From contig NC_043002.1 in NCBI RefSeq assembly GCF_006345805.1, positions 45,198,001 through 45,262,000 of the forward strand: a stretch of DNA of 64,000 nucleotides. Direction: 5' to 3'. The translations under genes and the position numbers were made by a program. Positions 19,962 to 33,105 of the stretch are shown one piece after another. Within the stretch, counting starts at the first letter, position 1. Every line of letters starts with the position of its first letter. The notes beneath the pieces were generated by a model. That model was given only the letters and a program-made list of their open reading frames with translations. It ran no database searches and was not told where the DNA came from. This DNA comes from Octopus sinensis. Lineage: Eukaryota.

Positions 19962-22104
19962 ACAACTTGTACACAGAACACTTAATGCATTCCGGCCTCG
20001 GTAAACCTTAGCATGTCGGCTAAGCTTAAAATCTAGCAAGATGATATATGCAGAAAAAAAAAACATACTTTTTTCTTCTGCAGATGTCTTTTTGTGCGTA
20101 AGTCACTTCCAGTTCACCAGCCTGGGAGAGTCTGTTGTTTTTGTGCTAACAGGGATCATAGTATTCCCTCTGATAACGATTAACATGCTCTTTCCAATCC
20201 ACTATCAACTTCAATATAAAGAACAAGCTTCTATATAATTAACCGGAGTACCATATCCCTTTTGCTAATGACTAAATTATAGAACATATCGATTAACTTT
20301 TCACTGTTCTAAGTTTGCAATTTTCTCTGTACGTATAGGCTGTAAATATCATAATTATTCTAAATACTAATTCGATTTTTTTTTTTTTATTCCTATGTCC
20401 TTGAGAGTACAGACATTTTCTACGCATGATTTTATATCATTTGATTTTTTCCCATGCTGTTTATGGTCATTTCTTGTTCAATAAGGAAGCCGATGAGAAG
20501 ACTATCAGAGTCTCCAGAACTAACAGAAGAGAAGCTAAGACATAACTTCATGGTTCCTTTTATTGAGTTAGTCATCACTGTCAAAATTACTGCACTTATT
20601 GTAATAATTAAGCATACTCGTTGGTTTTTCTTCAATAAATGGAATATGTTGCATACAACATCATTGATAAGAATATGATTTCACATTTCTTTTCTATGTG
20701 TGCATATTCTGTTGGTTCGATGTGTACGATCTTGATTCAATTCACATTCGTGTTATTTCTCAGACCTGTCATAGCGTGTAAGTCTTCTAGTTCTTATATA
20801 TTCAATGAACTAACAGACAATTTTTAATTAAAATTACTTTCAGCTTTACCAACTCTACAATAACATTAGATGCTATAAAATCAAATATAATATTAAATTA
20901 TGTCTAGAAAGGACTAATTGTATAAGGATATGTAGTATTTTAACTTGTTAGGATGTTTTTGCTTGTCATCATATGATAAAGCATCGGTAGTCAACCCATA
21001 AGTGGTGTAGCAAGTGAAGTATTTTCGTACATGCATTCAATATGAGTGTACATTCAGTATATGCAGTATATGCCATTTGCTTAATATTGGTTTATTTCGC
21101 CGTGTTTTCGATATTTTTTCTTGACAACTAGAGTTTCATGTTTTCCTGTAATCTTCGTAACCGGCGTTATAAAACGTTTGTGTTGTTTCTGCGTCAACAG
21201 AAGTATTCTGTCTGACGGTGATTGCCATGCTCCTTTCAATCCACCATCATAATACTACAACTTCAATAAAAATAACAAGCTTACATATAATTAATTGGTG
21301 TACCATATCGACTAAAGAAATCTCAGTTTGTGAATCCCACATCGTGCATAATCCGATATTTATTGTTAGCTGTTCACGGATATATTTAAATAAGGATTTC
21401 GAGGATGGATCGTAGTCAATCAATATTAATGAAGTCGTTGTTATTCTTAACTCCAGGTCAGTTCTGACTATGATCAAATTCATTCTTTCTGAAACTATCT
21501 TGTTCTGTTTTCCATTAATATTCATAGCTACATTCTCTAAAGTGTTCTTCCATTTTTAAGACAGCAGAGAGTGATTTTTCAAGGAGAAAATTGCTGTTAT
21601 TTCCTGTAGATCGAGCAGTGGTTTTCTCATTGGCTTGTGGTTGCTATAGTCGTTGTTGTTGCTCTCCAAACCAATTTCTTCCAATCTGACTAACTTCAAA
21701 CGGCATTCTATTTTTTCTCATGTATCTAAGACTGTATTTCTTCAGTAATCTTTCTTCTTTAAGACAGTACTCTTTTTGACAGAATATTTAGCTGTAATTT
21801 CTTGGAAGTTAATCGAACATGTAGCAGCCCTCTCGTTAGTTCATCAATGTTGTTGCTGCTTGGAGTGGCAACTCTCCGATTTTGTGTTACTCTGTCGACT
21901 GAAATTAAGATATTCTGTCTGGAGAGACACGTCAACCATTTCCAGTAATTAATTTTGATACCGATCAACTGTTTACCATATCTTATGAAAACAAAGGGAT
22001 TTTGCCTACAGCTACAAAAAAAAGCTACGGATAACTTTGTTTTTCAAATTGTTTTAATTCACAAGTTTGAAATACTATTCCAATCTGTTCTCTTCTTTTT
22101 GCGA

Positions 22105-22135
<31 letters not shown>

Positions 22136-24779
22136 TGCACATATATGTATATATGAGTGAGTGTGTGCGTGTGTTTGTGTGTGTGTCTGTGCATCTGTGT
22201 GTGTTGTTCAAAAGCTGGGGAAAAACCACGCTCAATATGAGAAATATAGCAAATATATATTCATATCGTTCAGCATATAACTGGTCGGAATGTTACTGTT
22301 TGTTTCGCGCCGACTATTGTACATAGCAATATTGATGACCCTTTAGACATGCTGCCCGAAGTGCATAGCCTTTTTTATGCTGGAGGTATACATAGACGTT
22401 GGATGACACGGTGTAAGTAAAAAGAACCGAAACGAAACTTAGTAAAAATTATAACATTTTTCGGAAATGAAAAAGCAGTTACTTCCTATGAATTGATGTC
22501 AGCCGCGGTTAAACTATGTGCGTGTGTACATGTATGTCGTTCTCTATTCCAGAAGCGTAGAAGGTCGCGTTGTCAAAACGAATTTTCGATGAGGACAGCA
22601 TCCAAATATTTCGCGTTTTGAGTTTAGGAAGAACCCCTGATCGTGTACATATTTTTAAATGCTTCTCCTTTCTGCCAAGTAAAGGTTGCGATGCCTACTT
22701 TCATTTGGCTATTTTCCAGGTCTGCCTTGCCGATTCCAGTTAATTTTGTATGGCGTTTCTTCTGTAATGCGCCATATATAGCTAGCCTCCCTTTGATTCT
22801 AGAAAGGAATTTGTAAATTATCCAGCTTGCCCTTAAAGATCAACTTTGCCTTTCATCCTTTCGGAGAACGATATAAAAAGGGTAACACTCAAATACTGCT
22901 CGATATAATCAACAATTCCAGTCCCGAAAAATTTCTGACCATCATTCCACGTTAGAAAGGAAATTATTATATACTGACTTGGTGTTCGTATTCTAAACTT
23001 ACTTAGATCTGGTCTAAATTTTTAACAGTTAGAATACTCTCTTCAGCAAGTATCTGCGATATTTTTGTCTCATATTTGGTTGCTTGACTTTTAGTAATAG
23101 TATTACAAAACAATCGATCATAGTTACATGTGTCCTTGCTGGATATAATTTTTCATATAATTTCTATAAAAAAATAACCTATTACCCAGTGCTCAGTAAA
23201 AATTAACTTGCCTTCTTGGCTCTAAATCACAACGCTGCTCAATAACCTCCGACTGTGAAGTGATATCTCTATTTTCGGTTATTTATTGACGGTAAAATAC
23301 AATGATATCAACAACTAGCATTAGAATAACCATAGTTGCTTCAAATTGTAAGGAACATCGAAATACTTTAATTCTCAAAGGTCTTTTATGCATTTCAGTT
23401 CGAATAAGAATTAGAATTTTAAGATATATATTTCATCCCTCATTTCATTTTAATATATTATTTTGTCCATTCTATGTGTTTGTAAACCCTAAGTATACGT
23501 TTATTTTCTTCCTGTTGTATGTACAGGGTTGCGCACGAAAAAGCAACCCGGGTTCCGTAGCATAGCGTGAATACAAAAATAAATTTACACACGCGAAAAA
23601 GCATCCAGCCTTTCGTTTTAAAAATTAACTTTAGGACGCATACAAACCAGTATGGTGTTTAGCAAAGCTGTAACTACGAACAATTACTTTCTTGTGGGCA
23701 GTTTACTGTTGCCGCGTCAGTCAATATTCAGAATAAAATATCTCTTTGGTGTACCAATGCATATTAAATCAATATAGAATAGGAATTCTATCAGAATGGC
23801 AGCATGTCATAAAATTAATGAAACAGATATTCAGATAAACTGTCTGCTCAGTATATTCCTAAAACTAAATCCTTTGGTATTAGTTGTCTTATTCTATTTA
23901 TTTTAGTAATAATTAAGTTGGCTGGAAGTTCGAAATTCCCCACTGAATAGATACTTACGCTGAAGGTATATACGGAAAGTATTTCGATTAAAAGTTGTTG
24001 CTATTTAAAAAGATTTTAAAAGGTAAAAAATAATGTTATTGAATATTTCTTTGAGTTGTTTAATTTGAAGATTGAAATTTGGAATGTCAGTTGATTTTCG
24101 AGGTGGATAGGTCGCTTTAATCTTTTATCTTTCTTGTTCTTTGTTTTTTTTTTATTTTCATTTGTTTTCTTAGATATCTGGTTTATACGTTCATTGAAAA
24201 TACACAGTGAAGTAAAATAAACAGAAAAAGAAAATCGATTTGCGACTTAATATTTAATTAAAATGCATTCAACAAAAGTTAACTGAGATAAGTCGTGTCT
24301 CTCTCCTTGAAACGTGTCTAAGTTTGTAAACGTTAATATTCAATAGGCATAATAATATAGCATACTATCCATTATTATTACCAGACATCAATTCAATATC
24401 TCTACAATAAAATAGTTATTTCAAGCTACAATCCGCCTGAACAATTTATTCATCATTTTTTATTGTCTTCTCTTGCATTGTATTATCTATGAAATGCGTG
24501 AAAAGATGGAAGACAAAATTTTAAATAGAAGTGTATTTACGTTCAATGTCTGTTGTACTGTCTACCTTCTATATCATACCGTCTCACTTGCATATCAACA
24601 ACAAAGGCTTTTAATTTGTCTAGCTCAAAGACTTTCTTCTATATTTCTTTTCCATATTCCTACTGACTCTACTGCTCTTCGAACTCCACTTGCTATCTTC
24701 TTGATGAATTCTTATTCGACTCACCTCTATATAAAATCATCAATCTCTGGATTTCAATACATTTAACTCTTCTTGGTCC

Positions 24780-25750
24780 GGTAATCCGTCAACGTCGATA
24801 TGGATACATCTGAATCGTTTGCTATTTTGAATTACCAGCACATGCACAGGTTGACACGCCGCCGATCTCTTTCTATCTCATCCATTATTCCCATTCATTC
24901 TTACTCACCCACTACCACATGCATACACTCACCGTTGTACACTCACATATCAATACTTTCATCACCTCTATAGCCACTGAGTCGTTTTACCATAATCTAA
25001 TTTAAAAAATTACGAACTTCACAAGATTCTACCGAACTACTCATACACCTTGAATCCCCACCATTACCATCTGGGAGGCTTTTACTCAACTGTTTACTGA
25101 TTGCAACGACGCTACAAATAGCCTATTGCTGTTCAAGCCAAAGAACCAGTTTGGCACTGAACCTCCGTTTATACATGAATAGCACACAATCAACTAAATT
25201 CTACACTTAACAATCACTGGTGTTCTTTCAATGATGACTAAACATATATAATATAGCTGAGTTGCATCACAGTTTAGACTTCCTGTTTTGTGAGGAAAAA
25301 CTTCGGCTCAGACTAGTTGCTGATCATCTACAAAGGTCAAATACGATATATTAGTACTTCTTACTCTAAAATATATCTAGCTTACAGGCAAATATTCTGT
25401 CAAGAACATACTAAACAACAGACAAACTATTTATCATGTCTATATTTTCTTTAATTATTTTGACAGTTTTATTCTCTTAGCGGTCTACATAACACTTCCG
25501 TTGAAAACTATCCAAAGTATCAAATATTTCTGCACTTGTCACCCCTACTGTGTCATATTCAGCAAATTCTACACTAAACTTTGTCTTATAATTTATTCTC
25601 AGAACTACAATACTCTGGAACTCACTCCTGTCGTCTCCTTTTCTTCCTAAATCAACAATCTAGACAAATTTAAACCAAACGATAGACACACCGATTCCAC
25701 CAAATATGATGCACACCAACTTTCTTCAATTAAATACAAAGACTTATAGC
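24780..25750 (+). mobile_element. Decayed CR1/L2/Jockey-type LINE 3' region
   Basis: Degenerate C-terminal RT-like translation (RTTILWNSL...NLDKFK) with many stops. Confidence 0.4.
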
Positions 25751-26772
25751 TTTAACTAAAATAGAACTATTTTCAGGTCATTGACTACTCTAACGGTAAT
25801 GATGTCGCTGCCAAAATAGAATTTTAATGTCTTGACAATTCTATATCCTGCATAATTTCCGAGATATTTTGGCTATTAATTGCTGTAAAGTCTTTCTAAT
25901 TGGAGGGAAATTAGAAACAAAATTCTATGATCCTAAGTAAAACGGTAAACTTTTCAAATAGCCAATTACTCTAATTAAATGATGTAGTTGGGAAAATATA
26001 GAATCTCAATATCTTAACAATTCTATATTATTTAAATACACTATGGTTTCACTATATTATTTTAAAATGAATTGGACAGAAATTAGAAAAAAATTAGTCA
26101 AACTTCACATTAGTAAATAATTATATCATTATAATAATCTCAAAATCAGGAAAACAGAAATTTCTCTCTGTTATCCATTTTGACAAACTGCCTTTTAACA
26201 GAGAGCTTAAAGATGAAAACCGAAGTAAACTCACCTCCCTCTGCTTTTTTCTGATTTTATAGCAGAAAGTAATGGGGAAAGACGAAAGTTCTTTGGTGAC
26301 TGAAAAGACTTTCAGACGGACAAAGCAATTCAGCCATACAATAAGCGAAGATGAGGGTGTAGTTTCTGCTGTTTTCTGCATGATATTATACTGAAATATA
26401 ACACTTGGACATGAGCTATTTTAATTGTGAGACTTGTATACAAACTGTAGTTATTTAATCTATGTACAAGATTATTTATAGATTGAGATCTAATCAATAC
26501 GCAATGATAATAATCTTCGTGCTCTTGATATGAGTATTGCAAATGCTGCTGTATTTTTAGGTTGCTTCTTTTTTTTTTAATCATTATATCTGTTGCTAAA
26601 ATCGGAGGAAATGTGGAATAGTTATGTACAGCTTAAGGGGGCAATGTCTGCTGTATCCAAATTTAAAGTTTCAAGCTCTTTGTAACTATAAGGATTTGAA
26701 CAAAGTTGGGAAAATATGACAAGCTGTTCTATTGGACATTTTAATAATATTGTCAAACTACTGCAATTTAGT

Positions 26773-27085
26773 AGGCACATGGCCCAATGGTTAGAGCAGC
26801 GGACTCGCGGTCGATGGATCGCGGGTTCGTATCTCAGACCGGACGATATGTGCGTTTATGAGCGAGACACCTAAGCTCCACGTGGCTCCAGCAGAAGGTA
26901 ATGGCGAACTTCTGCTGATTCTTTCGCTACAACTTTCTCTCAGTCTTTCCTCCTGCATCTTGCAGCTCACCTACAACGGACTGACATTCCGTCCAGGTGG
27001 GGAACCTATACGCCAAAGACACCGGGAAACCGGCCCTTATGAGCCAGGTATGGCTGGAGAAGGAACAAACAAACAAACAAAACCG
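26773..27085 (+). mobile_element. tRNA-derived SINE, second family, with (AAAC)n tail
   Basis: A-box TGGCCCAATGG, B-box GGGTTCGTATC, a ~300-bp body and an AAAC-repeat tail. Confidence 0.8.
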
Positions 27086-27633
27086 CAATTTATTGAACCA
27101 GGACTGATTCTAATTCACGCACAAGGCCAGCATTTTTAGGAATAGAGGCTTAGTCACTTAAATCGACACCAGTACTTGACTGCTGCTCTATTTTATCAAG
27201 CCCGAAAGGATGAAAGAAAACGTTAGCCTTTGCGGATCATCAGTCTAGAAAACCGAAACAAATGGATGCAAGCTATTTTGTCTGATGCTTAAAGATTCTA
27301 ATAATCTACGGCTCCTAATTATAAGTAGTTATAGGCTTATACATTCAAGACTTGTTGAAAGGGTACTACTGTCATTAAAGAAGTAAATATGTTTGAACTG
27401 GGAAAGAAACAGTATCGCGGACCCATTGTGTTAAAACTTAGTGTGACACTACGACGATTATATCGTGTTATAAATATACTTTCTGGAGTTTTTGATTTTG
27501 CCTATCTTATAATATAGCAAATGGGTGTAATTCTATGTTACACTATACTGCATTTTTTTTTCCTGTACTCAAATAAGCATGAAACCTAATCTAAATACTA
27601 TTAGAAATAGCCCAAAAGGTTAGTTCTAATAAT

Positions 27634-28457
27634 CTTTTCTAATATAGGCACAAGGTATGAAATTTGTGGGGAGCGGGTAAGTTGATCAGATCGACACTGC
27701 TACTTAACTGTACTTAATTTATCGACCCCGAAAGAATGAAAGGCAACATTGACCTCGGCGGAATTTGAACTCAGAATGTAGAAACGAGTAAAATACCTAT
27801 TTCTTTACTACCCACAAGGGGCTAAACACAGAGAGGACAAACAAGGACAGACAAACGGATTAAGTTGATTACATTGACCCCAGTGCGTACCTGGTACTTA
27901 TTTAATCGACCCCGAAAGGATGAAAGGCAAAGTCGACCTCGGCGGAATTTGAACTCAGAACGTAGCGGCAGACGAAATACCGCTAAGCATTTCGCCCGGC
28001 GTGCTAACGTTTCCGCCAGCTCGCCGCCTTTGAAATACCTATTTCTTTACTACCCACAAGGGGCTAAACACAGAGAGGACAAACAAGGACAGACAAACGG
28101 ATTAAATCGATTATATCGACCCCAGTGCGTAACTGGTACTTATTTAATCGACACCGAAAGGATGAAAGGCAAAGTCGACCTCGCCGGAATTTGAACTCAG
28201 AACGTAGCGGCAGACAAAATACCTATTTCTTTACTACCCACAAGGGGCTAAACACAGAGGGAACAAACAAGGACAGACAAACGGATTAAGTCGATTATAT
28301 CGACTCCAGTGCGTAACTGGTGCTTAATTTATCGACCATGAAAGGATGAAAGGCAAGGTTGACCTCGGCGAATTTGAACTCAGAACGTAGCGGCAGACGA
28401 AATACCGCTGAGCATTTCGTCCGGCGTGCTAACGTTGCTGCCAGCTCGCCGCCTTAT
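27634..28457 (-). mobile_element. Host SINE containing three nested tailed-SINE insertions at site A
   Basis: Host body 27634-27796. Full-length tailed SINE 27797-28030 followed by TGAAATAC. Units at 28039-28222 and 28223-28455 (the latter with head). Outer TSD GGTTAGTTCTAATAAT (27618-27633) / GGTTAGATCTAATGAT (28458-28473), 14/16. Confidence 0.88.
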
Positions 28458-29127
28458 GGTTAGATCTAATGATACTTCCACATCTTTTCCAATGGCATAC
28501 TGTTGGTTTCAAACTAGAAGTGAAACCTACTTGCATACTCGGCTCATCAAGAGCCTGCTGCCAGACTATGTACCCTTTTATTATAGCTTTAAAAATCTTC
28601 AACAAGTACATGCATTGAGTAAAGAAAATAAATGATAGATTACATAAATAATAGAGCAGTAGGCTGGTGTTGCCACGTAAAGTTATAGGCTGGTGATGCC
28701 ACATAAATCATAAAATATTTGAAGCTGAGAGATAATAAGAAATTTTTATCCCTGCAGGTAAATGTAATTTATAGCCTATTTCAATCTATTGAAGAAATTT
28801 TGTAAGTTCAGTTGAAACAATATTAACATCTGCTACAACACTATTCATAATACATTTATGAGATTAAAAGTGCATGTATTACGGTTCAGTTTACTGCGTA
28901 TTCGTACAGGGAGAGAAAGATCATCTACGACATCTCACGTGATTAAATTGAACCTTTCGTATTTATTCAGAAAAAAAAAGATTACATGCTAAACTAAAAT
29001 TACTTATGAGAGTTATCCAAACAATCCTTCGGTGTTTCTATATATGTTAATTATTATATATCCTTTCATCAAACAAACATGATCGAGTGTTTTCTAGAAA
29101 TGGTTAACTTTTCTTCTTCTCCAACCA

Positions 29128-29305
29128 TACAAGAAGGTGCTGAAAATTTCCTGACCTTGAGTAAAAGAAAATACATGAAGATCAGTTAATTATGATTTTC
29201 TTCAAACATATTCCACCTCTCAGATCCACACACTTCATTTTTTCTAAGTCCTGTAAAATAAGTCGGAGGATTGGGCCTTTCACGAGGAACTTAGCAGCAT
29301 CCCCT

Positions 29306-29310
<5 letters not shown>
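29128..29310. mobile_element. Tc1/mariner-type MITE (family also at 30070-30292 and 44385-44604)
   Basis: TIR-like ...GGTGCTGAAAA(T/G)TTCCTG and ...GAAC.T.CAGCA.CCC with TA flanks; shared internal sequence among three copies. Confidence 0.65.
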
Positions 29311-29344
<34 letters not shown>

Positions 29345-29509
29345 TTGCGAATTGTTTTGTTATACGGTGGCATATTTTACAATCCTGTAAATAATAATAA
29401 TGGTATTTTTATATATGCTTAAAGTTTTTGGCGATCACCGTGCAATGGCTAAGAAAAGCAGTCTAATAACGGGGCATATAAGCCCTCGACAGAAAAAAAG
29501 AAGGCTTTC

Positions 29510-29578
29510 CTATCCGCGTGGGACTCGAATCCACATCCCTTTGTTAACGCGGCTGTGTTACCTTTACACCAGCGAACC
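29510..29578 (-). pseudogene. tRNA-like sequence (tRNA pseudogene or isolated SINE head; 5' half resembles tRNA-Gln)
   Basis: Sense GGTTCGCTGGTGTAAAGGTAACAC...GGATTCGAGTCCCAC has A- and B-box-like motifs; no convincing cloverleaf. Confidence 0.4.
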
Positions 29579-29650
29579 AGCCTCCCGTCTTCTGTCAAAT
29601 TTAAGAACATATTTGTTTTTTATGTAAACAAACTTTCCCTTTATGCTTTC

Positions 29651-29880
29651 GGTGCGAATGTGGCAGACACGTTAGCGCGCCGGGCGAAATGCTTAGCGGT
29701 ATTTCGTCTGTCGTTACGTTCTGAGTTCAAATTCCGCCGAGGTCAACTTTGCCTTTCAACCTTTCGGGGTCGATAAATAAAGTACCAGTTTCGCACTGGG
29801 AGCGATATAATCGACTCAATCCCTTCGTCTGTCCTTGTTTGTCCCCTCTATGTTTAGCCCCTTCTGGGCAGTAAAGAAAT
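29651..29880 (+). mobile_element. Stand-alone tailed SINE (not nested in another SINE)
   Basis: Head, body and ...TGTTTAGCCCCTTCTGGGCAGTAAAGAAAT tail; followed by ATATATGG rather than GTATTTC. Confidence 0.85.
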
Positions 29881-29984
29881 ATATATGGTGCCGTATTTTA
29901 CAATCCAATAAATAATAATTATAATGGCATTTTCATATAAGCTTAAAGCTTATGGCGATCACCGTACATATATATATATATGTA

Positions 29985-30028
<44 letters not shown>

Positions 30029-30031
30029 CAC

Positions 30032-30069
<38 letters not shown>

Positions 30070-30071
<2 letters not shown>

Positions 30072-30292
30072 GATGGGTACTGAAAAGTTCCTGGCTTTGG
30101 GTAGAAGAAAAAGCAGGATGATCAGTTAGTTGTGATTTTATTTAAATATATTCCCACCTCACATTCATACACTTATTGCAGCGGTCCTTAAGTTTTTCAA
30201 AGTCGTGTAAAACGATTCGGAAGATTGATCCTCCAACCCGGTCTTTCGCAATACCCTAAAAGTCAAGAACGTTTCGGCACCCCCTCCTCATA
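30070..30292. mobile_element. Tc1/mariner-type MITE copy
   Basis: Homologous to 44385-44604; embedded in a TA tract. Confidence 0.7.
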
Positions 30293-30504
30293 GTATACCT
30301 CTGATTACATTCTCTAAAATGTCAATTTTTAAGGCAGTAAGGTAATTTTTTAAAGTTTATTTAACCACTATTTTTAGCACGTAGAACGACCACGTAGACG
30401 TTTGCTCATTGTCTCATATATGTACGTTATCGTAAATTTAAAACAGCATAAATGAATTATTAACACCTTTGTGACTTTTGGGCCATCCTGTATTTAGGTT
30501 TTTG

Positions 30505-30720
30505 TCAAGGCGGCAACGTGGCAGAATTGTTAGCACGCAGAACAAAATGCTTCACAGCATTTCGTCCATTTTCGCATTCTTAGTTCTAATACCGCGGAGA
30601 TCAACTTTGCTTTTCATCCCTTCGGGGCAGATGAAATAGGTATCAGTAGAGCACTGGATCGATTTAATCGGCTAGCTCCTTTCCTAAAATTTCAAACCTT
30701 CTTTCTTATAGCAGAAAGAA
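30505..30720 (+). mobile_element. Diverged base-type SINE
   Basis: AAGGCGGCAACGTGGCAGAATTGTTAGCACG...TTTGCTTTTCATCCCTTCGGGG. Confidence 0.75.
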
Positions 30721-31402
30721 TATTTAGTCTTTTGGTATATGAATAATTTTGAGATAAGATTTCTTCTTTAGATATATGTAGGGGTAAATGTAGAATGGTT
30801 TTGGCAGAAATGCAACATCATATGGTGCATAACTAGCTTTTAGGTATTTTCTAAAAGCAATTACGTATATCCTTAAATCTACCTCATCACGAAAGTTGAC
30901 TGCCAGTTTCATTTTCTGAAGTGGGCGTATATGATTCTGTTGTTCAATATATTTCCTATTGAACGATGGGGAGCGATTTGATATTCTGGGGTCGATTTAA
31001 TATTCTTATAAAATATACGCGGTGCGAATGGAATTATTATATTGTATTATTATTATATTGTACATTATTATATTAAACCAGTTAATAGGAAACTTGGCTT
31101 CTGACACTTCCCTCGCTTTCACTTTTCAACTTTCCATAATCATCTGAACTGATAATTAATTGTTTTGGTTTTTTTATAATCATGACATTTTCTATTAAAA
31201 TGATTTTCTATTGTTTTGGTTTTCTGTTTAAAACAAATTGATCTTTGAAAACATTCTTGTTTATATTTATGCAATCATTTATATGCACATTTCATCAGAA
31301 AACGGTATATGTCCATTCAGACTTGGTAAAAGAGAAGAATATTGAATATGACATCAATGAAATGAAATTGAAAATGCTGCACATTTGTAATTCTTTTGCT
31401 TC

Positions 31403-31405
<3 letters not shown>

Positions 31406-31453
<48 letters not shown>

Positions 31454-31571
31454 TGGATTTAATGGCTTCTTCGAAACTGCTAGATGCCATTGCAAGATAT
31501 ATATATATATATATATATAATATAATATAATGTAATATTATATAATATTATATATAATATATATATATATA

Positions 31572-31663
<92 letters not shown>

Positions 31664-31665
31664 TA

Positions 31666-31726
<61 letters not shown>

Positions 31727-31730
31727 TTAG
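31406..31730. repeat. (TA)n and (GA)n microsatellite cluster
   Basis: Direct inspection. Similar tracts at 29965-30068, 32186-32250, 32640-32790, 35071-35162, 47917-47965 and 52623-52690. Confidence 0.95.
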
Positions 31731-31793
31731 TGAGTTTGAGGTGATGTACAAATATTGTATATTTGAATAATAAGGCAGTCAGAATGCTGGATG

Positions 31794-31832
<39 letters not shown>

Positions 31833-32180
31833 TTATTTACATCTTATTTACACATTACATCGGATTTATCAAAAACTGGTTCAAATTTAGATTTCTTGGC
31901 CTTTTTATAGAGAATTTTCTGGGGTTTGCCAAGCAAGAGAGAAGAAAGAAAAAGTTTTTTTGAGAAGGGGAAGGTAAAGAGGCGTGGCTTTTATATGGTC
32001 AGAGTTGTTTGTTTAGTATTTAGTGGCCTTTTAATGTGGGGGAGGAAAAAGAAGAGAAAGGGAAAATAATTTTTGCATTTGAACTGGTCAAAAGACAACA
32101 TCTAGTTTTTCAATTAAAAACCTTGCCCAATTCAAATACAAAATTTCTTTCAAACATTCTAACTACCTTATTATTTTATG

Positions 32181-32255
<75 letters not shown>

Positions 32256-32729
32256 ATACTGGGAGGATAAGAAACGGAACGAAGCGACGAATCGAAACGA
32301 ACCCGACGCGAAAGCGCTGTCAGACAATAGTACAATAGTACACGCTTGAGTCTACTAGCGACAGCTGATGATTGGGGATTTTTCCTTGTGTAGCATGTCC
32401 TGTACTCTGTTTTGCTGTTGTAAAAAAATGTTTTTCCCGTTTTCGTTTCTCGTCCAGTTCCACGTCTCTGTTTTTCCGTAATAAAAAAATTGCTTTTCCG
32501 TTTTCGTTTCTCGTTGAGTTCTACGTCTAGCTGTGGTGTCCTGTACTCACGTATATATATTATATATGCATGTATATATACATGTATATGTAGGTACGTA
32601 CATATGTTTGTATGTATGCATATATTTTATTTATTACACTATATATATATAATATATATATATATATATTATATATATATATATATATATTATAATATAT
32701 ATATATATATATATATTTTATATATATAT

Positions 32730-32782
<53 letters not shown>

Positions 32783-32792
32783 ATATATATAA

Positions 32793-32933
32793 CGTAAAGT
32801 ATACTAGCCATTTTAATATGGCTAACCACTAAGGGTGGGTGTTACTGTAGCTTTTAACCCACACACACACACACCCTACAGTAACACCCACCCTTAGTGG
32901 TTAGCCATATTGAGATGGCTAGTATACTTTACG
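32793..32933. mobile_element. 141-bp hairpin MITE-like element with ~58-bp inverted arms
   Basis: CGTAAAGTATACTAGCCAT...GGGTGGGTGTTACTGTAG / CTACAGTAACACCCACCC...ATGGCTAGTATACTTTACG. Confidence 0.75.
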
Positions 32934-33051
32934 CTGTCGAGCGGTTACTGTTTACATCTCGTTCAGAGATTTATTATTGCTATATATATATATATATATA
33001 ATAGTTATCGCCATATTAGACTTAGTTATTTTAATATTTCTATTATATATA

Positions 33052-33105
<54 letters not shown>

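Noticed and set aside
20430-21970. Coding-looking minus-strand stretches (ORFs 20432-20635, 21247-21525, 21759-21968)
   Set aside because: No recognisable domain, frequent stops in neighbouring frames and no clear splice signals; cannot be supported as exons.
29510-29578. Functional tRNA gene
   Set aside because: A and B boxes are present, but acceptor and anticodon stems do not pair convincingly; kept only as a tRNA-like relic.
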